A stretch of 55,875 bases of DNA from NCBI GenBank assembly GCA_027083115.1, contig JALWQN010000084.1:1-55875 (forward strand), written 5' to 3'. The notes below the pieces were generated by a model. The model was given only the letters and a program-made list of their open reading frames with translations, did not search any database and was not told the origin of the DNA. Positions 29,839-40,701 of this stretch are shown here, one piece after another (position 1 is the stretch's first letter; every line of letters starts with the position of its first letter). Both the position numbers and the translations under genes were made by a program. This stretch comes from Desulfurococcales archaeon (GTDB lineage Archaea; Thermoproteota; Thermoprotei_A; Sulfolobales; NBVN01).

Positions 29839-31212
29839 ATGCTCATGGCCGAGATAAAGGAAATTAAACCAGTAAAGAGAGAAGAATACCTCTTAACGTT
29901 ACACAGCCATATAAAAGGATTAGGTCTTGACGATAAAGGAGAGCCTTTACTTATTGGGGACGGATTAGTCGGGCAGTTAGAGGCTAGGAAAGCAGCAGGA
30001 ATAGTAGTTAACTTAATAAAGGAAGGGAAAATGGCTGGTAAAGGAATTCTTTTTGTTGGTCCGCCTGGAACAGGGAAGACAGCTCTTGCGGTAGCTATAG
30101 CAAGGGAATTAGGCGAGGATACTCCATTCGTGTCTATATACGGTGCCGAAATTTATTCTTCTGAGGCCAAGAAGACTGAAGTGCTAATGCGGGCTGTCAG
30201 GAAAGCAATGGGAGTAAAGATTAGAGAAAAACGAACGGTTTATGAGGGAGTTGTATCAAGTATTAAGTTAGCTTATGTAAGACATCCCTTCAATCCTTAC
30301 GTAAGGGTGCCTAGAGAAGCTAGAATAACCTTAGAGACTAAGGACGACACACTAACGCTAAATGTTGGTGAAGAAGTAACGTCCCAGCTCACTCAGTTAA
30401 GGGTTAGGAAAGGAGATCACATATGGATTGACGCAGAAACTGGGATAGTTCATAAGGTAGGTAGAGTTAAAGGTATTGAGAAAGCTAAGTACTACGACAT
30501 TGAGCCCACATACATAGAGTCTGAAAAACCCTCAGGACCTGTCAAGAAAGAGAAAGAAATCATTAACGTATTCACCTTTAACGACCTAGATGTATATATC
30601 GCTAGTCAGAGATTCTCCATCACGGGGCTTTTCGGTGTTGAGTTTGAGAGAGAGATTGATGAGGATGTGAGGAAATCAGTGAATTCGCAAGTTAAGAAGT
30701 GGATAGATGAAGGTAAGGCCGAAATACTTCCTGGGGTTCTATTCATAGATGACGCCCATTTACTAGATCTCGAGGCATTTTCCTTCCTTACCAAGGTGCT
30801 CGAATCAGAATTCTCACCCATACTTATTTTAGCAACTAATAGAGGAGTTACAAAAATTAGGGGTACAGATGTTGAGGCCCCTCATGGAATACCTCTAGAC
30901 CTCCTTGATAGATTACTTCTTATTCCTGTTAAGCCCTACAAGAAGGAAGAGATTAGAGAAATACTGAAGATTAGGGCTTTTGAAGAAGGTATTAAGCTTA
31001 ACTCGGAAGCGCTAAACAAACTAACTGAGCTTGGCATCCAAAGAAGTTTGAGGTATGCTGCACAACTCTTAAGGCCTGCTGCCGTCGTAGCGAAAAGGAA
31101 AGGAAAGGACGAGATCCAAGCTGACGATATAGACGAGGTATCAACCCTCTTTGTTGACACAAGAACCAGCACAGAATTAATGAAAAATTATGAGTCACTT
31201 TTTATTAAGTAA
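29839..31212 (+). CDS. tip49: TIP49/RuvB-like AAA+ ATPase
   Basis: HSHIKGLGL, GPPGTGKT, PGVLFID, PHGIPLDLLDR. Confidence 0.95.
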   Translation: MLMAEIKEIKPVKREEYLLTLHSHIKGLGLDDKGEPLLIGDGLVGQLEARKAAGIVVNLIKEGKMAGKGILFVGPPGTGKTALAVAIARELGEDTPFVSIYGAEIYSSEAKKTEVLMRAVRKAMGVKIREKRTVYEGVVSSIKLAYVRHPFNPYVRVPREARITLETKDDTLTLNVGEEVTSQLTQLRVRKGDHIWIDAETGIVHKVGRVKGIEKAKYYDIEPTYIESEKPSGPVKKEKEIINVFTFNDLDVYIASQRFSITGLFGVEFEREIDEDVRKSVNSQVKKWIDEGKAEILPGVLFIDDAHLLDLEAFSFLTKVLESEFSPILILATNRGVTKIRGTDVEAPHGIPLDLLDRLLLIPVKPYKKEEIREILKIRAFEEGIKLNSEALNKLTELGIQRSLRYAAQLLRPAAVVAKRKGKDEIQADDIDEVSTLFVDTRTSTELMKNYESLFIK

Positions 31213-31534
31213 TTTCCTCCTTACTTTCTTCACCACCAGCCAGTAAAGGCAGAAGAAGGGTTGGGTCACTGATCTCTATTTCCTCACCACCTCGGCCACT
31301 ATCGCTAATCACTAAAGTAATTACTAAATAACTACCTATTTTTGTTGCCTTAACTTTTTTGACCCTCATTTTCGTAACTGAATCAAAATCATTTAAGTTA
31401 CTGGAGGCTTCTGCACCCCTTAATTTATCCCTAACTAACTTATTTCGTACTTTAGTGGCTAAATATTGGTCATATCCTGTGATAGCTAAGCCTGCCAAAA
31501 CAACTGTAACAACTAATAGGAGCGCTTCAAGCAT
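31205..31534 (-). CDS. Hypothetical membrane-anchored protein
   Basis: N-terminal hydrophobic helix. Confidence 0.65.
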   Translation of the reverse strand: MLEALLLVVTVVLAGLAITGYDQYLATKVRNKLVRDKLRGAEASSNLNDFDSVTKMRVKKVKATKIGSYLVITLVISDSGRGGEEIEISDPTLLLPLLAGGEESKEEIT

Positions 31535-31614
31535 GAACCCACCTGTTGAGGAACTTAAGAAGCGTTTGCTTAAAACTCCTCAACCCCAATATAACAAAAA
31601 AGAAAAGAGGCTAG

Positions 31615-32016
31615 TTAAGCCGTAGGGTTGTATTTCTTAAGTATTTTCTGAAAGAGCTCGGGATACTTATCCTTATACGTCAAAACAAAATCACGCTCTC
31701 TTGCCTTAATCCTGGGATGGCTTCTCATTTTATCCGGGTACATTAAGGGGATACCTTCAATTATCGGGTACCACCTTCCGCATTTAGGACAAACTAAAAG
31801 GCCAGCCTTTATTTCCTTCCTCAAGCATTCATCGCACGGCAGTTCTTCATTATTTATGTCTCTAATGTACTTCCGTAAGTAACCACAGTAGTAATCGCAG
31901 AACGGCTTCTTAATCTCGAACTTCCTTGACTCCTCCCTTGCTTCAAATACATGTAGTTCTAGAGGGAAGTGCTTACACATAGGGCACGCAAGCAAATTGA
32001 GTAATGCATACCTCAT
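31615..32016 (-). CDS. trm112: Trm112-family protein
   Basis: LLACPMCKHFPL..CPKCGRWYPIIEGIP. Confidence 0.9.
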   Translation of the reverse strand: MRYALLNLLACPMCKHFPLELHVFEAREESRKFEIKKPFCDYYCGYLRKYIRDINNEELPCDECLRKEIKAGLLVCPKCGRWYPIIEGIPLMYPDKMRSHPRIKARERDFVLTYKDKYPELFQKILKKYNPTA

Positions 32017-33386
32017 TTCAACACCTGCTTAACACAATTCAAGACAGAATTAAGTAGTTTCTCCATTTTCTCTTTATCAGCCGCCTCAACAAAGACCCTC
32101 AGAACTGGTTCGGTGCCCGATGGACGAACGAGGAACCAATAATCTTTGCCGATAACCTTAATTCCATCAACAGTAATTACCCTCTGATCCCCAAAAACTT
32201 GTTGAAGCGCCTCATTAACCTTATTTAAGTCTACGCCCGGCTTAAGAGGCACTTTAGTCTTAATTGAGTACCTTCTGGGAAGCTTAAGCACTTCCTCCCT
32301 TAATGAAGTGCCGTTCATAGCTAGGTACTCAAGCATTAAAGCAATGGACATGGCTCCATCACGAACGTACTGATGCGGGGGGAACATGAAACCTCCGTTT
32401 TCTTCGAAGCCGGCCATAGCACCTATCTCCATCATTTTCCTAGCTATTCCTACACTACCTACCTTAGTCCAAACTATTTCAATACCGTAATCTCGAAGAG
32501 CATCTTCTATTATAGTTGATGAGGATACAGCAGTAACCACTCTTTTAGGTAAGTTATCCCTCCTATCTAAAGCTAGGTGCTTACATAGAAGTACAGCAGT
32601 CCTGTCGCCTGAGATTACCTCACCATCGCTATCAACATAGATAGCCCTATCGGCATCGCCATCGTGAGCAACACCAAAGTCTGCACCCCAAACCCTTACT
32701 GCCGACGACAAGTTCTTAAGGGATTCTGGGGTAGGTTCAGGAGCTCTGTTAGGTATGTGAGATATATCCGTGTTTATGGTGTATATCTTTACGCCTAATC
32801 TTCTTAGTAATTTAGGTGTAGATAGTGAACCAACGCTATTCGCTCCATCAACCACTACTTTAAATCCAGTCTTCCTAATTACCTCAGCATCAACTTTCTC
32901 TATCACACCATTAATGTAGTAATCAATTACATCATATACCCTGAAGGAATCATACCCTAAAGACCTCCAGTCAGTTCTTAGGTATTTCTTCTCCCAAAAA
33001 ATTTCCTCGATTTCTTTCTCAACATTTCTTGGTGCCTCAACGCCATCACCCATAATCACTTTAATTCCACTGTATTCAGGCGGATTATGGGATGCAGTTA
33101 TCATTATGCCTCCATCAAAACCATTTTCTTTTATATAGTACTGGAGAGCGGGAATAGGGATGAGACCGGCATCATAGACCTTAAGGCCTTCAGAAAGTAA
33201 AGTGCCTATAACTACATGTCTTATGAAGTAGCTGCCAGCTCTAGCATCCATTCCAACTAAGAGACGCGAACCTTTACCAAAGAAGGTCCCTATAGCCCCG
33301 GAAAGCCTGACCACAAACTCTGGGTTCATGAAATCATTAGTTATTCCTCTAACACCATCTGTGCCGAAAAGCCTATTACTAATCAT
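32013..33386 (-). CDS. Phosphohexomutase (PGM/PMM/GlmM family)
   Basis: FGTDGVRG, TASHNP, DGDADR, RPSGTEP. Confidence 0.95.
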   Translation of the reverse strand: MISNRLFGTDGVRGITNDFMNPEFVVRLSGAIGTFFGKGSRLLVGMDARAGSYFIRHVVIGTLLSEGLKVYDAGLIPIPALQYYIKENGFDGGIMITASHNPPEYSGIKVIMGDGVEAPRNVEKEIEEIFWEKKYLRTDWRSLGYDSFRVYDVIDYYINGVIEKVDAEVIRKTGFKVVVDGANSVGSLSTPKLLRRLGVKIYTINTDISHIPNRAPEPTPESLKNLSSAVRVWGADFGVAHDGDADRAIYVDSDGEVISGDRTAVLLCKHLALDRRDNLPKRVVTAVSSSTIIEDALRDYGIEIVWTKVGSVGIARKMMEIGAMAGFEENGGFMFPPHQYVRDGAMSIALMLEYLAMNGTSLREEVLKLPRRYSIKTKVPLKPGVDLNKVNEALQQVFGDQRVITVDGIKVIGKDYWFLVRPSGTEPVLRVFVEAADKEKMEKLLNSVLNCVKQVLK

Positions 33387-33478
33387 TTAATTCACCCTAG
33401 GTATTCTACTTGAGCAAGGATTTAATGTTAATATCCTCGAATGCAAAACTCATAACAATAGGGCGGAGGTGACTTCAG

Positions 33479-34537
33479 ATAAAGATATGGCTTGATGCCT
33501 TAACGTCAAAGCAAGCAACCCTTTTTGGATTTATAGCGAAGGAATTAATTAAGGCGGGACACTACGTAGTAATCACCTGCAGAGAGTACGAGTATACTGT
33601 GGGGGCGCTCAGGAGACTAGGGATTGAACCCAAGGTCATTGGAGAGTATTCTGAAGGCAGCCCAATAAGTAAGGTTGAAGCAGACATAGCAAGAATGAAG
33701 GGCCTCCTCCAGATATTTAAGGAAGAAAAGCCTGAGGTCTTAATTGCTTATCCTAATCCTCCTGCAGCAAGAGTAGCTTTCGGCGTAAGGTTACCTTACA
33801 TAGCCATTACGGACTCTCCTCATTCTGAGTTGCCAAGCAGGCTTTCACTACCTTTAGCATCAGCAGTTATTTTCTCTAACTGTATCCCGCACTATGAAAT
33901 TAGAAAATTTATCTATGACCCTAAAACAACTTTAAGGTCTTATGGCGGCGTTGATGAGGTGACATGGCTCCTGAGAACTAAACCCGATTTAAGGTATATA
34001 AGAGATTTAGGGCTTACTGAATGGAGTTACATAGTTATAAGGCCTCATGAGCACCTAGCGACTTACTATGAGGGCTTACGGCCCAAAGTGAACTTAAGCA
34101 AAATCGTGGAGGAGCTAAGCAAAAACGGCATAACGGCAGTCATAATACCTAGGTATAAAGACCATTACTTATTTGCCGAAAAGATGAGGGAGAAAGGATT
34201 AAGGATTAAGCTTATTCAGGGAATGTATGATGGTGTTAGCCTAACTTACTACGCAAGAAGCGTAGTTACTGGCGGATCAACGCTTGCTAGGGAAGCTGCT
34301 TTGCTTAGAACTCCCGGGATAATCTACTTCCCTACTAAATTGTATGTTAATGAATGTGTATTCAAGAAAGGCTATCCATTATTTATTGCCTCAACAACTG
34401 GTGAGGTTCTTGATTTAATAAACAAATCACCAACAAAGAAGAAAGAAAGACATTCCGACATAATCAAGAAGCTTAAACGTGATTTTGAGGACATAGTACC
34501 TATACTACTTGAATCTATAGAGGCCCTGAAGAATTGA
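33479..34537 (+). CDS. DUF354 family (glycosyltransferase-like); extended to a probable ATA start
   Basis: In-frame upstream IKIWLDALTSKQ..CREY; GGSTLAREAALL. Confidence 0.85.
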   Translation: MKIWLDALTSKQATLFGFIAKELIKAGHYVVITCREYEYTVGALRRLGIEPKVIGEYSEGSPISKVEADIARMKGLLQIFKEEKPEVLIAYPNPPAARVAFGVRLPYIAITDSPHSELPSRLSLPLASAVIFSNCIPHYEIRKFIYDPKTTLRSYGGVDEVTWLLRTKPDLRYIRDLGLTEWSYIVIRPHEHLATYYEGLRPKVNLSKIVEELSKNGITAVIIPRYKDHYLFAEKMREKGLRIKLIQGMYDGVSLTYYARSVVTGGSTLAREAALLRTPGIIYFPTKLYVNECVFKKGYPLFIASTTGEVLDLINKSPTKKKERHSDIIKKLKRDFEDIVPILLESIEALKN

Positions 34538-35373
34538 AGGTTTTGTACTCTATCTGGCTGAAGGATTTAAATAATGCGGGAGAGCTCCTGAAAGCAATTA
34601 AGAAAGCTGGCTTTACTGGCGTTGAATTAAGTGTTGATTATCCTTTATGTCACGATATGGAAGTTCCTGGAGCTTTCCTGACCGAGCTAAGAAGGAGAGG
34701 ATACGTATACAGTTTTCATTTACCTTGGAGGGACTTGGCTCTATCTTCCCCGATTGAAGAACTAAGAAGGTCTTCCGTCAAGGAAATCTCAAGATGCGTT
34801 AAGGAATTGCAGGCCTTTAAACCCGAATATTTCGTGATTCATTTAACCACAAACCAAGCGTTCTGCGGCTATAGAGACAGGAAATGTATACAGGCAGGAA
34901 TCAATTCGTTAAATGAATTACTTCCCCTAGCGAAGAACGCTGGCGTTCCTTTAGAAATCGAGACCACCACCGATCGCTGCTGCGGGGATGAAGAACATCT
35001 TCCACAAATCCTTACGCAGTTAAAGGACCCTGAATTAGGGGTTTGTCTAGATCCTCCTCACATTATTGAACGAAGACTTAAGAAATGGAGGGAAACTTAC
35101 GATTTAAGCGAGGTCTTAAGGGATCAAGCTCCGGAACTAATGGAAAGAACACAAGTAGTTCACGTACATGGATATAGCTCTGAAAACGGGGTCCTTCGAA
35201 GCCATCTCTTTCCTGACGAGAGTTATGTGGAGACAATTATTAACCAATTAAAAGAAATGAATGTTTTAAGGAGTGTGAAAAGCTTTGTTATTGAAGCCTT
35301 TCACAAGGGAGATCTAAGTAAGGACGTACCTAGTCTGAGGCGTGTGGTGAAGGTGATTAAAGATGCTGAATAA
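34534..35373 (+). CDS. Sugar-phosphate isomerase/AP endonuclease 2 TIM-barrel protein
   Basis: FHLPWRDL..SP.EELR, IH, IE, CLDPPH, HVHG. Confidence 0.8.
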   Translation: MKVLYSIWLKDLNNAGELLKAIKKAGFTGVELSVDYPLCHDMEVPGAFLTELRRRGYVYSFHLPWRDLALSSPIEELRRSSVKEISRCVKELQAFKPEYFVIHLTTNQAFCGYRDRKCIQAGINSLNELLPLAKNAGVPLEIETTTDRCCGDEEHLPQILTQLKDPELGVCLDPPHIIERRLKKWRETYDLSEVLRDQAPELMERTQVVHVHGYSSENGVLRSHLFPDESYVETIINQLKEMNVLRSVKSFVIEAFHKGDLSKDVPSLRRVVKVIKDAE

Positions 35374-36064
35374 TAAAGAGTGCTATGTTGTAGGAATAGA
35401 TGAAGCCGGAAGAGGACCGCTCATAGGAGATATGTTTATTGCTGGAATAGTTTTGTCTAAGAATACATTAAATAAATTATCAGTTATGGGGGTTAAAGAC
35501 AGCAAAAAATTAAGTCCCTCCAGAAGGAAAGAATTGTTCCCTAAAATAATCTCAGTTGCTAAAGCAATTATGGTTCTTCGCTATGGACCTCAACTAATAG
35601 ATAAGATAAACCTTACTTCCTTAACTCTAAAAGGATTCATAAACATATTGGCTAGCGTAAGGAAGATGGGTTTATGCGTAGAAAGAGTCTACATAGATGC
35701 TATTAATTCTCGCCAAGCACCCAATATCATCAGGAAATATATGCCTAAAGGCTCCAAACTAACTTACGAGATTAAGGCAGACGAAAAATATGTCGCTGTT
35801 AGTGCAGCATCAATTATTGCTAAATACTTAAGGGATACACATGTTGAATTAATGAGGAATTATTACGGAGATTTCGGCAGTGGATATCCCTCAGACCCCA
35901 AAACCATTAAGTGGCTGGAAGGCGTCCTACTAAACAATAACATCAATGAACTCCCTCCTATAGTTAGGAGATCATGGAAAACCCTGAGAAAGTTCCTTAC
36001 TGAAGGCACTATGATCAATTCCGAGAAAACACTCTTAGACTGGAGTAAGGAATCCCTTCACTAA
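35363..36064 (+). CDS. rnhB: Ribonuclease HII
   Basis: GIDEAGRGP, DSKKL, SAASIIAK, GSGYPSD. Confidence 0.96.
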   Translation: MLNNKECYVVGIDEAGRGPLIGDMFIAGIVLSKNTLNKLSVMGVKDSKKLSPSRRKELFPKIISVAKAIMVLRYGPQLIDKINLTSLTLKGFINILASVRKMGLCVERVYIDAINSRQAPNIIRKYMPKGSKLTYEIKADEKYVAVSAASIIAKYLRDTHVELMRNYYGDFGSGYPSDPKTIKWLEGVLLNNNINELPPIVRRSWKTLRKFLTEGTMINSEKTLLDWSKESLH

Positions 36065-36074
36065 CTTTCGTTAG

Positions 36075-37280
36075 GTGTTAAGTATGCCAACAAACCTACC
36101 GCCAGAAGCCAGAGCTAAGTGGGCAAAATACTTAGAGGCGAGAACGCCTGAAGAGAAACTAACAGCCCTTCAAGAGTATTTGTCTGCCATACCTAAACAT
36201 AAAGGTACTGAAAATCTTCGTGCGTGGGTAAGAAAAAAGATCGCCGAATTAAGAGAAGAGATAGAAGAAAAGAAAGCTAGGAGAGCGGGGACAGGCGGTC
36301 CCTCTTTCTTCATAGAGAAGGAAGGAGCTGCTCAAGCTATTATGTTAGGACTCCCGAACTCAGGAAAGAGTTCTTTGCTTAAGAAGCTGACGAACGCAAA
36401 ACCGAAAATAAGCAATATTCCCTACACAACCAAGTTCCCCGTACCAGGCATGCTGACTTATGAAGATATTCAAATCCAACTTGTTGAGGCGCCAAGCATT
36501 ATTGAGAGGATCTCCCAAGGAAGTATCTGGTGGGGCTCAAGAGTTCTTGGCCTAGCCAGAAACGCTGATGCCTTAGTTATCGTATTGGATTCCTCCCAAA
36601 ACCCTATAAAGCAAGCGAAAATCATAAGGTATGAGTTGGGTCAAGCAGGAATTTACTTAACTAAGCCTAAAGGGTTAGTAAAGATAAATAAAAGCAAAGC
36701 CATTCACGGTATAAAGATAACTCTTTCCGGAAAAATTACTGATGCCACAATAAAAGAACTTAAGGAGCTCCTTAAGAGCTACAAAATCACGAATGTCGAG
36801 GTCAAGATCTTTGGTGAAGTAACTTTAGAGGAAATTGAGAAGGCCTTATTTGAAAAAATTACTTACAAGCCATCCGTGGCTTTATTAAATAAGGTAGACT
36901 TACTCACGGAAGAAGAGATTAAGGAAGGAATTACTGGTTTGAATCAGTTATTACCTAATGTTAAAGTAATTCCCGTGTCAGCGGTTAGTGGGTATGGCTT
37001 AGGTCAGGTCTCCCGGTCTCTTTTTAATGCACTCGGGATAATTAGGGTTTACACTAAGGAGCCAAACTCATCCCTACCCTCCAAAAAACCTCTTATACTT
37101 AAGGAAGGAGCAACGGTTGCAGACGCAATTAAGAAAATCAGAGAGGAGTACCTACGTTTCTTTAAATACGCTAGGATCTGGGGTCCTTCAGCTAAATATG
37201 CTGGTGAAAGAGTAGGCTTAGATCACGTGCTTAAGGATAAAGACATTATTGAGATAAGAACTAAAATAAAGGGCATATGA
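36075..37280 (+). CDS. DRG/OBG-family GTPase with TGS domain
   Basis: MPTNLP, PKHKGTE, GLPNSGKS, ARIWGPSAK. Confidence 0.93.
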   Translation: MLSMPTNLPPEARAKWAKYLEARTPEEKLTALQEYLSAIPKHKGTENLRAWVRKKIAELREEIEEKKARRAGTGGPSFFIEKEGAAQAIMLGLPNSGKSSLLKKLTNAKPKISNIPYTTKFPVPGMLTYEDIQIQLVEAPSIIERISQGSIWWGSRVLGLARNADALVIVLDSSQNPIKQAKIIRYELGQAGIYLTKPKGLVKINKSKAIHGIKITLSGKITDATIKELKELLKSYKITNVEVKIFGEVTLEEIEKALFEKITYKPSVALLNKVDLLTEEEIKEGITGLNQLLPNVKVIPVSAVSGYGLGQVSRSLFNALGIIRVYTKEPNSSLPSKKPLILKEGATVADAIKKIREEYLRFFKYARIWGPSAKYAGERVGLDHVLKDKDIIEIRTKIKGI

Positions 37281-37286
37281 CCTCAG

Positions 37287-38093
37287 GTGATTAAAATAGG
37301 GAAAACAAAAAAGAAGGCGACACGCCATAAGAAGAAAAAAGAGAGAACTGAGCGAGCTAAGAGAAGAGAAATAAATGTTGAGGCTTGGGTAGATAGACAT
37401 CTTGAGGAGTTCGTAACTCTTAGCGGCCTGGACATGCTAGGATTAAGCATAAAGACGTATAAGGAAATACTTAGTGACATCTTAATCCAGCTATTCGGCT
37501 CCACAACTTCTTACACTAACGTGAAAACCCTAGTAAAAAGATACATTAGGAACAAACGCAAACTAGATCAAGTGATTGCTACAAGGATTGCTTCCCTGCT
37601 AGAGAGTTTCAGCAATGAACAACTTGAATACATAGTTTACAATATCGGCGACTCAATTCTTTACTTGGCGTCTAAACTATATTCAGCAGCTAAGGAAGCT
37701 GGTCGAGAAGACCTAATAAGTATCATAAGAAGCAAGTGGAACTTTTCTTGGGTAAAGAATAAAACTAAAATATTGCCTGTACCCTGCCCTAAATGCGGCT
37801 TCAACTCCCTCACACCAGACTTGGTTTGTATGGTGTGTGGAGCTACAGTAACTGAAAAAGAATTGAAAGAATATATTGGTTTCACTCAACTCCTAAAGGA
37901 GCTTACTGAAGACTTAGGCTGTGATGACCTAAATAAACTGAGCAAATACGATTATGTTTTACTTGAAGACTCAAAAGTTAAGGTACCTTGGAACGAAAAG
38001 CAGCCCCTAGATATCGAAATTTATTTGTCTTCACGAGAAAAGAACTTAATTAATGAGGAACTAAAGAAAAAATGTAGGCAGAAGCAGACATGA
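37287..38093 (+). CDS. Hypothetical protein with Zn ribbon
   Basis: CPKCGF..CMVCG; basic N-terminus. Confidence 0.75.
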   Translation: MIKIGKTKKKATRHKKKKERTERAKRREINVEAWVDRHLEEFVTLSGLDMLGLSIKTYKEILSDILIQLFGSTTSYTNVKTLVKRYIRNKRKLDQVIATRIASLLESFSNEQLEYIVYNIGDSILYLASKLYSAAKEAGREDLISIIRSKWNFSWVKNKTKILPVPCPKCGFNSLTPDLVCMVCGATVTEKELKEYIGFTQLLKELTEDLGCDDLNKLSKYDYVLLEDSKVKVPWNEKQPLDIEIYLSSREKNLINEELKKKCRQKQT

Positions 38094-38419
38094 AAGTTAT
38101 TGAAGATATAGGAGACGTTAAGAAACTCATCTACGGGAATGAAGTAACCTTAGTCGCTATTGTTGACGGATCGACAGAAAGGAGTTCCTTAATTATGGAA
38201 ATAATGAGATCTGTTGAAGAGGCCTTCAGGGGAAAAATAAAGGTAGTTATTAGTAAGGTGAACACCCTAAGGAAAGGTGAGGCAGCTGTTACGCTTTACA
38301 TTAAGGGCGAGGAAGTGATGAGGCAAGTTATGTTTTTAGGAGACACACATAGAGATAAGGAATTGATTAAATGGAGCGTAAGAGAGATCCTAAGGAACTA
38401 TAGAGCTAAGACTCCCTAA
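38090..38419 (+). CDS. Hypothetical protein (possible thioredoxin-like fold, no CxxC)
   Basis: ATGA-coupled ORF. Confidence 0.65.
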   Translation: MKVIEDIGDVKKLIYGNEVTLVAIVDGSTERSSLIMEIMRSVEEAFRGKIKVVISKVNTLRKGEAAVTLYIKGEEVMRQVMFLGDTHRDKELIKWSVREILRNYRAKTP

Positions 38420-38432
38420 TACCTTACAGTTT

Positions 38433-38807
38433 TCACTCGTTTAAATAATTATCATAAAGGCTATATAGAAAGTCCGATGTTACCTTTCCCTTATTTATCT
38501 GAATGCCTTCAAGCAATAAAAGCTGTCTTTTAAAGTCAGGGTTAAGGCGACCCATCCATGTATATCCTCCTACATTATCATCACTTCTAACTACCCTGTG
38601 ACAAGGGACAACAATTGGTTGATCATTAAGCCTCAATAAAGCACCAACCACCCTAGGCGATGTCTTAAGTAATCTTGACAGATCTTTATAAGTAGTTACT
38701 TTACCTAAAGGAATCAGCTGAAGCAGCGCCTTCACTATCTCCAAGTAGACACTCTTATCACAAGTAGGCTTCAGATAACCTTTATTCAGTTTTATACATG
38801 GTATCAT
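38433..38807 (-). CDS. ogt: Methylated-DNA-protein-cysteine methyltransferase
   Basis: GKVTTY, PRVVG, PCHRV, LEG. Confidence 0.92.
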   Translation of the reverse strand: MIPCIKLNKGYLKPTCDKSVYLEIVKALLQLIPLGKVTTYKDLSRLLKTSPRVVGALLRLNDQPIVVPCHRVVRSDDNVGGYTWMGRLNPDFKRQLLLLEGIQINKGKVTSDFLYSLYDNYLNE

Positions 38808-39043
38808 TTGGTAATGCCTTCACCATTAGGGTCCAAGGCCTTCTTAGAAATTATGATGATCCTACCGTTTTCCTCATCTCTCTCAACAACGAAATCTATC
38901 CCCCACCTTTCAACCATCCTCTTAGGGAGGTACATGTTTAGGGGTAGAGTGTAGTACTCGTAAGTGTAAGTTTTTCCGTTAACTACTTTCTTACCTAATA
39001 CCTTCCTGGCTGACGCAGGACGCCTCATCACTTTCGCAACCAC
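38804..39043 (-). CDS. Small hypothetical protein (possibly AbrB-like)
   Basis: GTG start with GAG-rich SD; ATGA overlap with ogt. Confidence 0.7.
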   Translation of the reverse strand: MVAKVMRRPASARKVLGKKVVNGKTYTYEYYTLPLNMYLPKRMVERWGIDFVVERDEENGRIIIISKKALDPNGEGITK

Positions 39044-39100
39044 TTCCTCACTCTTTGAGGAACGCTATTTAAGCGTTAATTAATTTAAGTACTTTAAATT

Positions 39101-40642
39101 TTAGTCGTACCTGAATCTGAAGATAGGCGCATCCTGAACATAATTCTTACGCAATTGTAAAGCAATTGCTGCCTTACTTAGTTCGAACCCTAAATAAAGT
39201 GAGTGCTCTGGAGAGAGACCCTGTTCTTTTGTTAGGGCCCTACCTAAGCTTAAAATATCTTTCCCCCTATACCGCTTAATGACCTTATGCGTTGTTGATG
39301 AATGAACGTCGACAATGACATCCCTTCTGTCCTTATCCACGTATATCTTCAGGTATATTTTCTCATCCAGTTTTAAGGGAATGAATTCCCTGATCGTTAC
39401 TAAAGGCACTTCCTTGCTTAATTCGGGTGGCTTAATAGTTATATCTCTCTTATCTTTAACCACTAGCAAATCAAGCCCTACATCAATCGGTGGAGACTTT
39501 CGAACGCTTGCCCTATATGACATTTCTCTTGAGATGCTTGACTCCTCAATTACTCCTTGAGCTTTATTGCTCGATTCAGTAACTAAAATAGCTGAAGCTC
39601 CTAACTCATAGGCTAAAGAAACAAGTAAAGCTGTGGCACCTGGCGTATCAGCATCAATAAGTTCGTAAACATTAGGCATTCCAAAAAGGTGAGGGAGATT
39701 GATGTCTTTGATGGATCGTGCGAAGCGAACTAAGCTCTCACTTAACCCCAAGAGTGGCGGCCTAACTAAAGGATCCACAATCACTTTCTGGATCCCTACC
39801 CTTAACGCTTCCGAAATCACCAAAGACAGGCTCTCCAGGGTTGACTGAGGTTCTTTGGTTTCCTGAGGGATTACTACAACACCCGAGCCCTCCTTAAGAT
39901 ACTTACTGACTGTATACAGATTGCTTAAATTAACATTCATAACTAAGTCAACACTACTTAATACATCCTTGCTTAATCCTTCGTATTCTAGGGCATCAAC
40001 ACCAACTATAAGTCCCTCATTCTCAATTAATTCCGCATAACTGAAGAATTGTCGAGGGCTCTTATGTCCGGACTCATAGCCTAAAATGACACCCTCAAAC
40101 CCCCTTCTCTTAAGTCTACCTAAAGGGAGTTTCGTTCGTGGCGAATTACTTATGATGTGCTCGTAAAGAAGTATTAGGGGAGGAGGCCTTAAAGGAACCT
40201 TAGTTCTTGAGAGCCAAAAGAACGCTTCCTTAGACTCAATGACTTTCTTAACCCTGGAGGAGAGAGTTAAATAAAGTTCCTTCTTAATTATCGCGTCTGC
40301 AGGTAATTTAGGCGAAAAAACAATTCCTTGATCTAAATACTTAATCATTTCAGGCAAATCACCAACATACATAGTTCCCTTAACTGCAGGAACCCCTGAA
40401 GCCTCAGAAATTACTGAAGCAGAACCCCTTACTAAACCAGGAAGAATTATGAGGTCATAATCCCTGAACTTAATACCACTTCTTAACAACTCCCTTAGTA
40501 AAGATTCCGTAGTTGATAAGCATGCTACCTGAGCTGAGGACCTGAAAACCTTAAAACTATGTTTACTGCTCTTCTCAAGAACTTTTAGAACATCCCTAAG
40601 CAAGCTATCTCCTGAAACAGTTGTCACAAGCAATATATTCAT
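39101..40642 (-). CDS. Dihydropteroate synthase-like protein
   Basis: DLIILPGL, DPL, ELIDADT.G, LDLLVVKDKR, HSLYLGFELSKA..YVQD. Confidence 0.85.
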   Translation of the reverse strand: MNILLVTTVSGDSLLRDVLKVLEKSSKHSFKVFRSSAQVACLSTTESLLRELLRSGIKFRDYDLIILPGLVRGSASVISEASGVPAVKGTMYVGDLPEMIKYLDQGIVFSPKLPADAIIKKELYLTLSSRVKKVIESKEAFFWLSRTKVPLRPPPLILLYEHIISNSPRTKLPLGRLKRRGFEGVILGYESGHKSPRQFFSYAELIENEGLIVGVDALEYEGLSKDVLSSVDLVMNVNLSNLYTVSKYLKEGSGVVVIPQETKEPQSTLESLSLVISEALRVGIQKVIVDPLVRPPLLGLSESLVRFARSIKDINLPHLFGMPNVYELIDADTPGATALLVSLAYELGASAILVTESSNKAQGVIEESSISREMSYRASVRKSPPIDVGLDLLVVKDKRDITIKPPELSKEVPLVTIREFIPLKLDEKIYLKIYVDKDRRDVIVDVHSSTTHKVIKRYRGKDILSLGRALTKEQGLSPEHSLYLGFELSKAAIALQLRKNYVQDAPIFRFRYD

Positions 40643-40701
40643 CTGACCTACCTAATTCATCAGACCATAGATTAAGTTAAAAACCTAAAACATCATTTTT
40701 A

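Noticed and set aside
40640..40665. TGATGA..CAGA in the leader of the DHPS-like gene (possible K-turn)
   Set aside because: Explained by SD plus start codon; no second half
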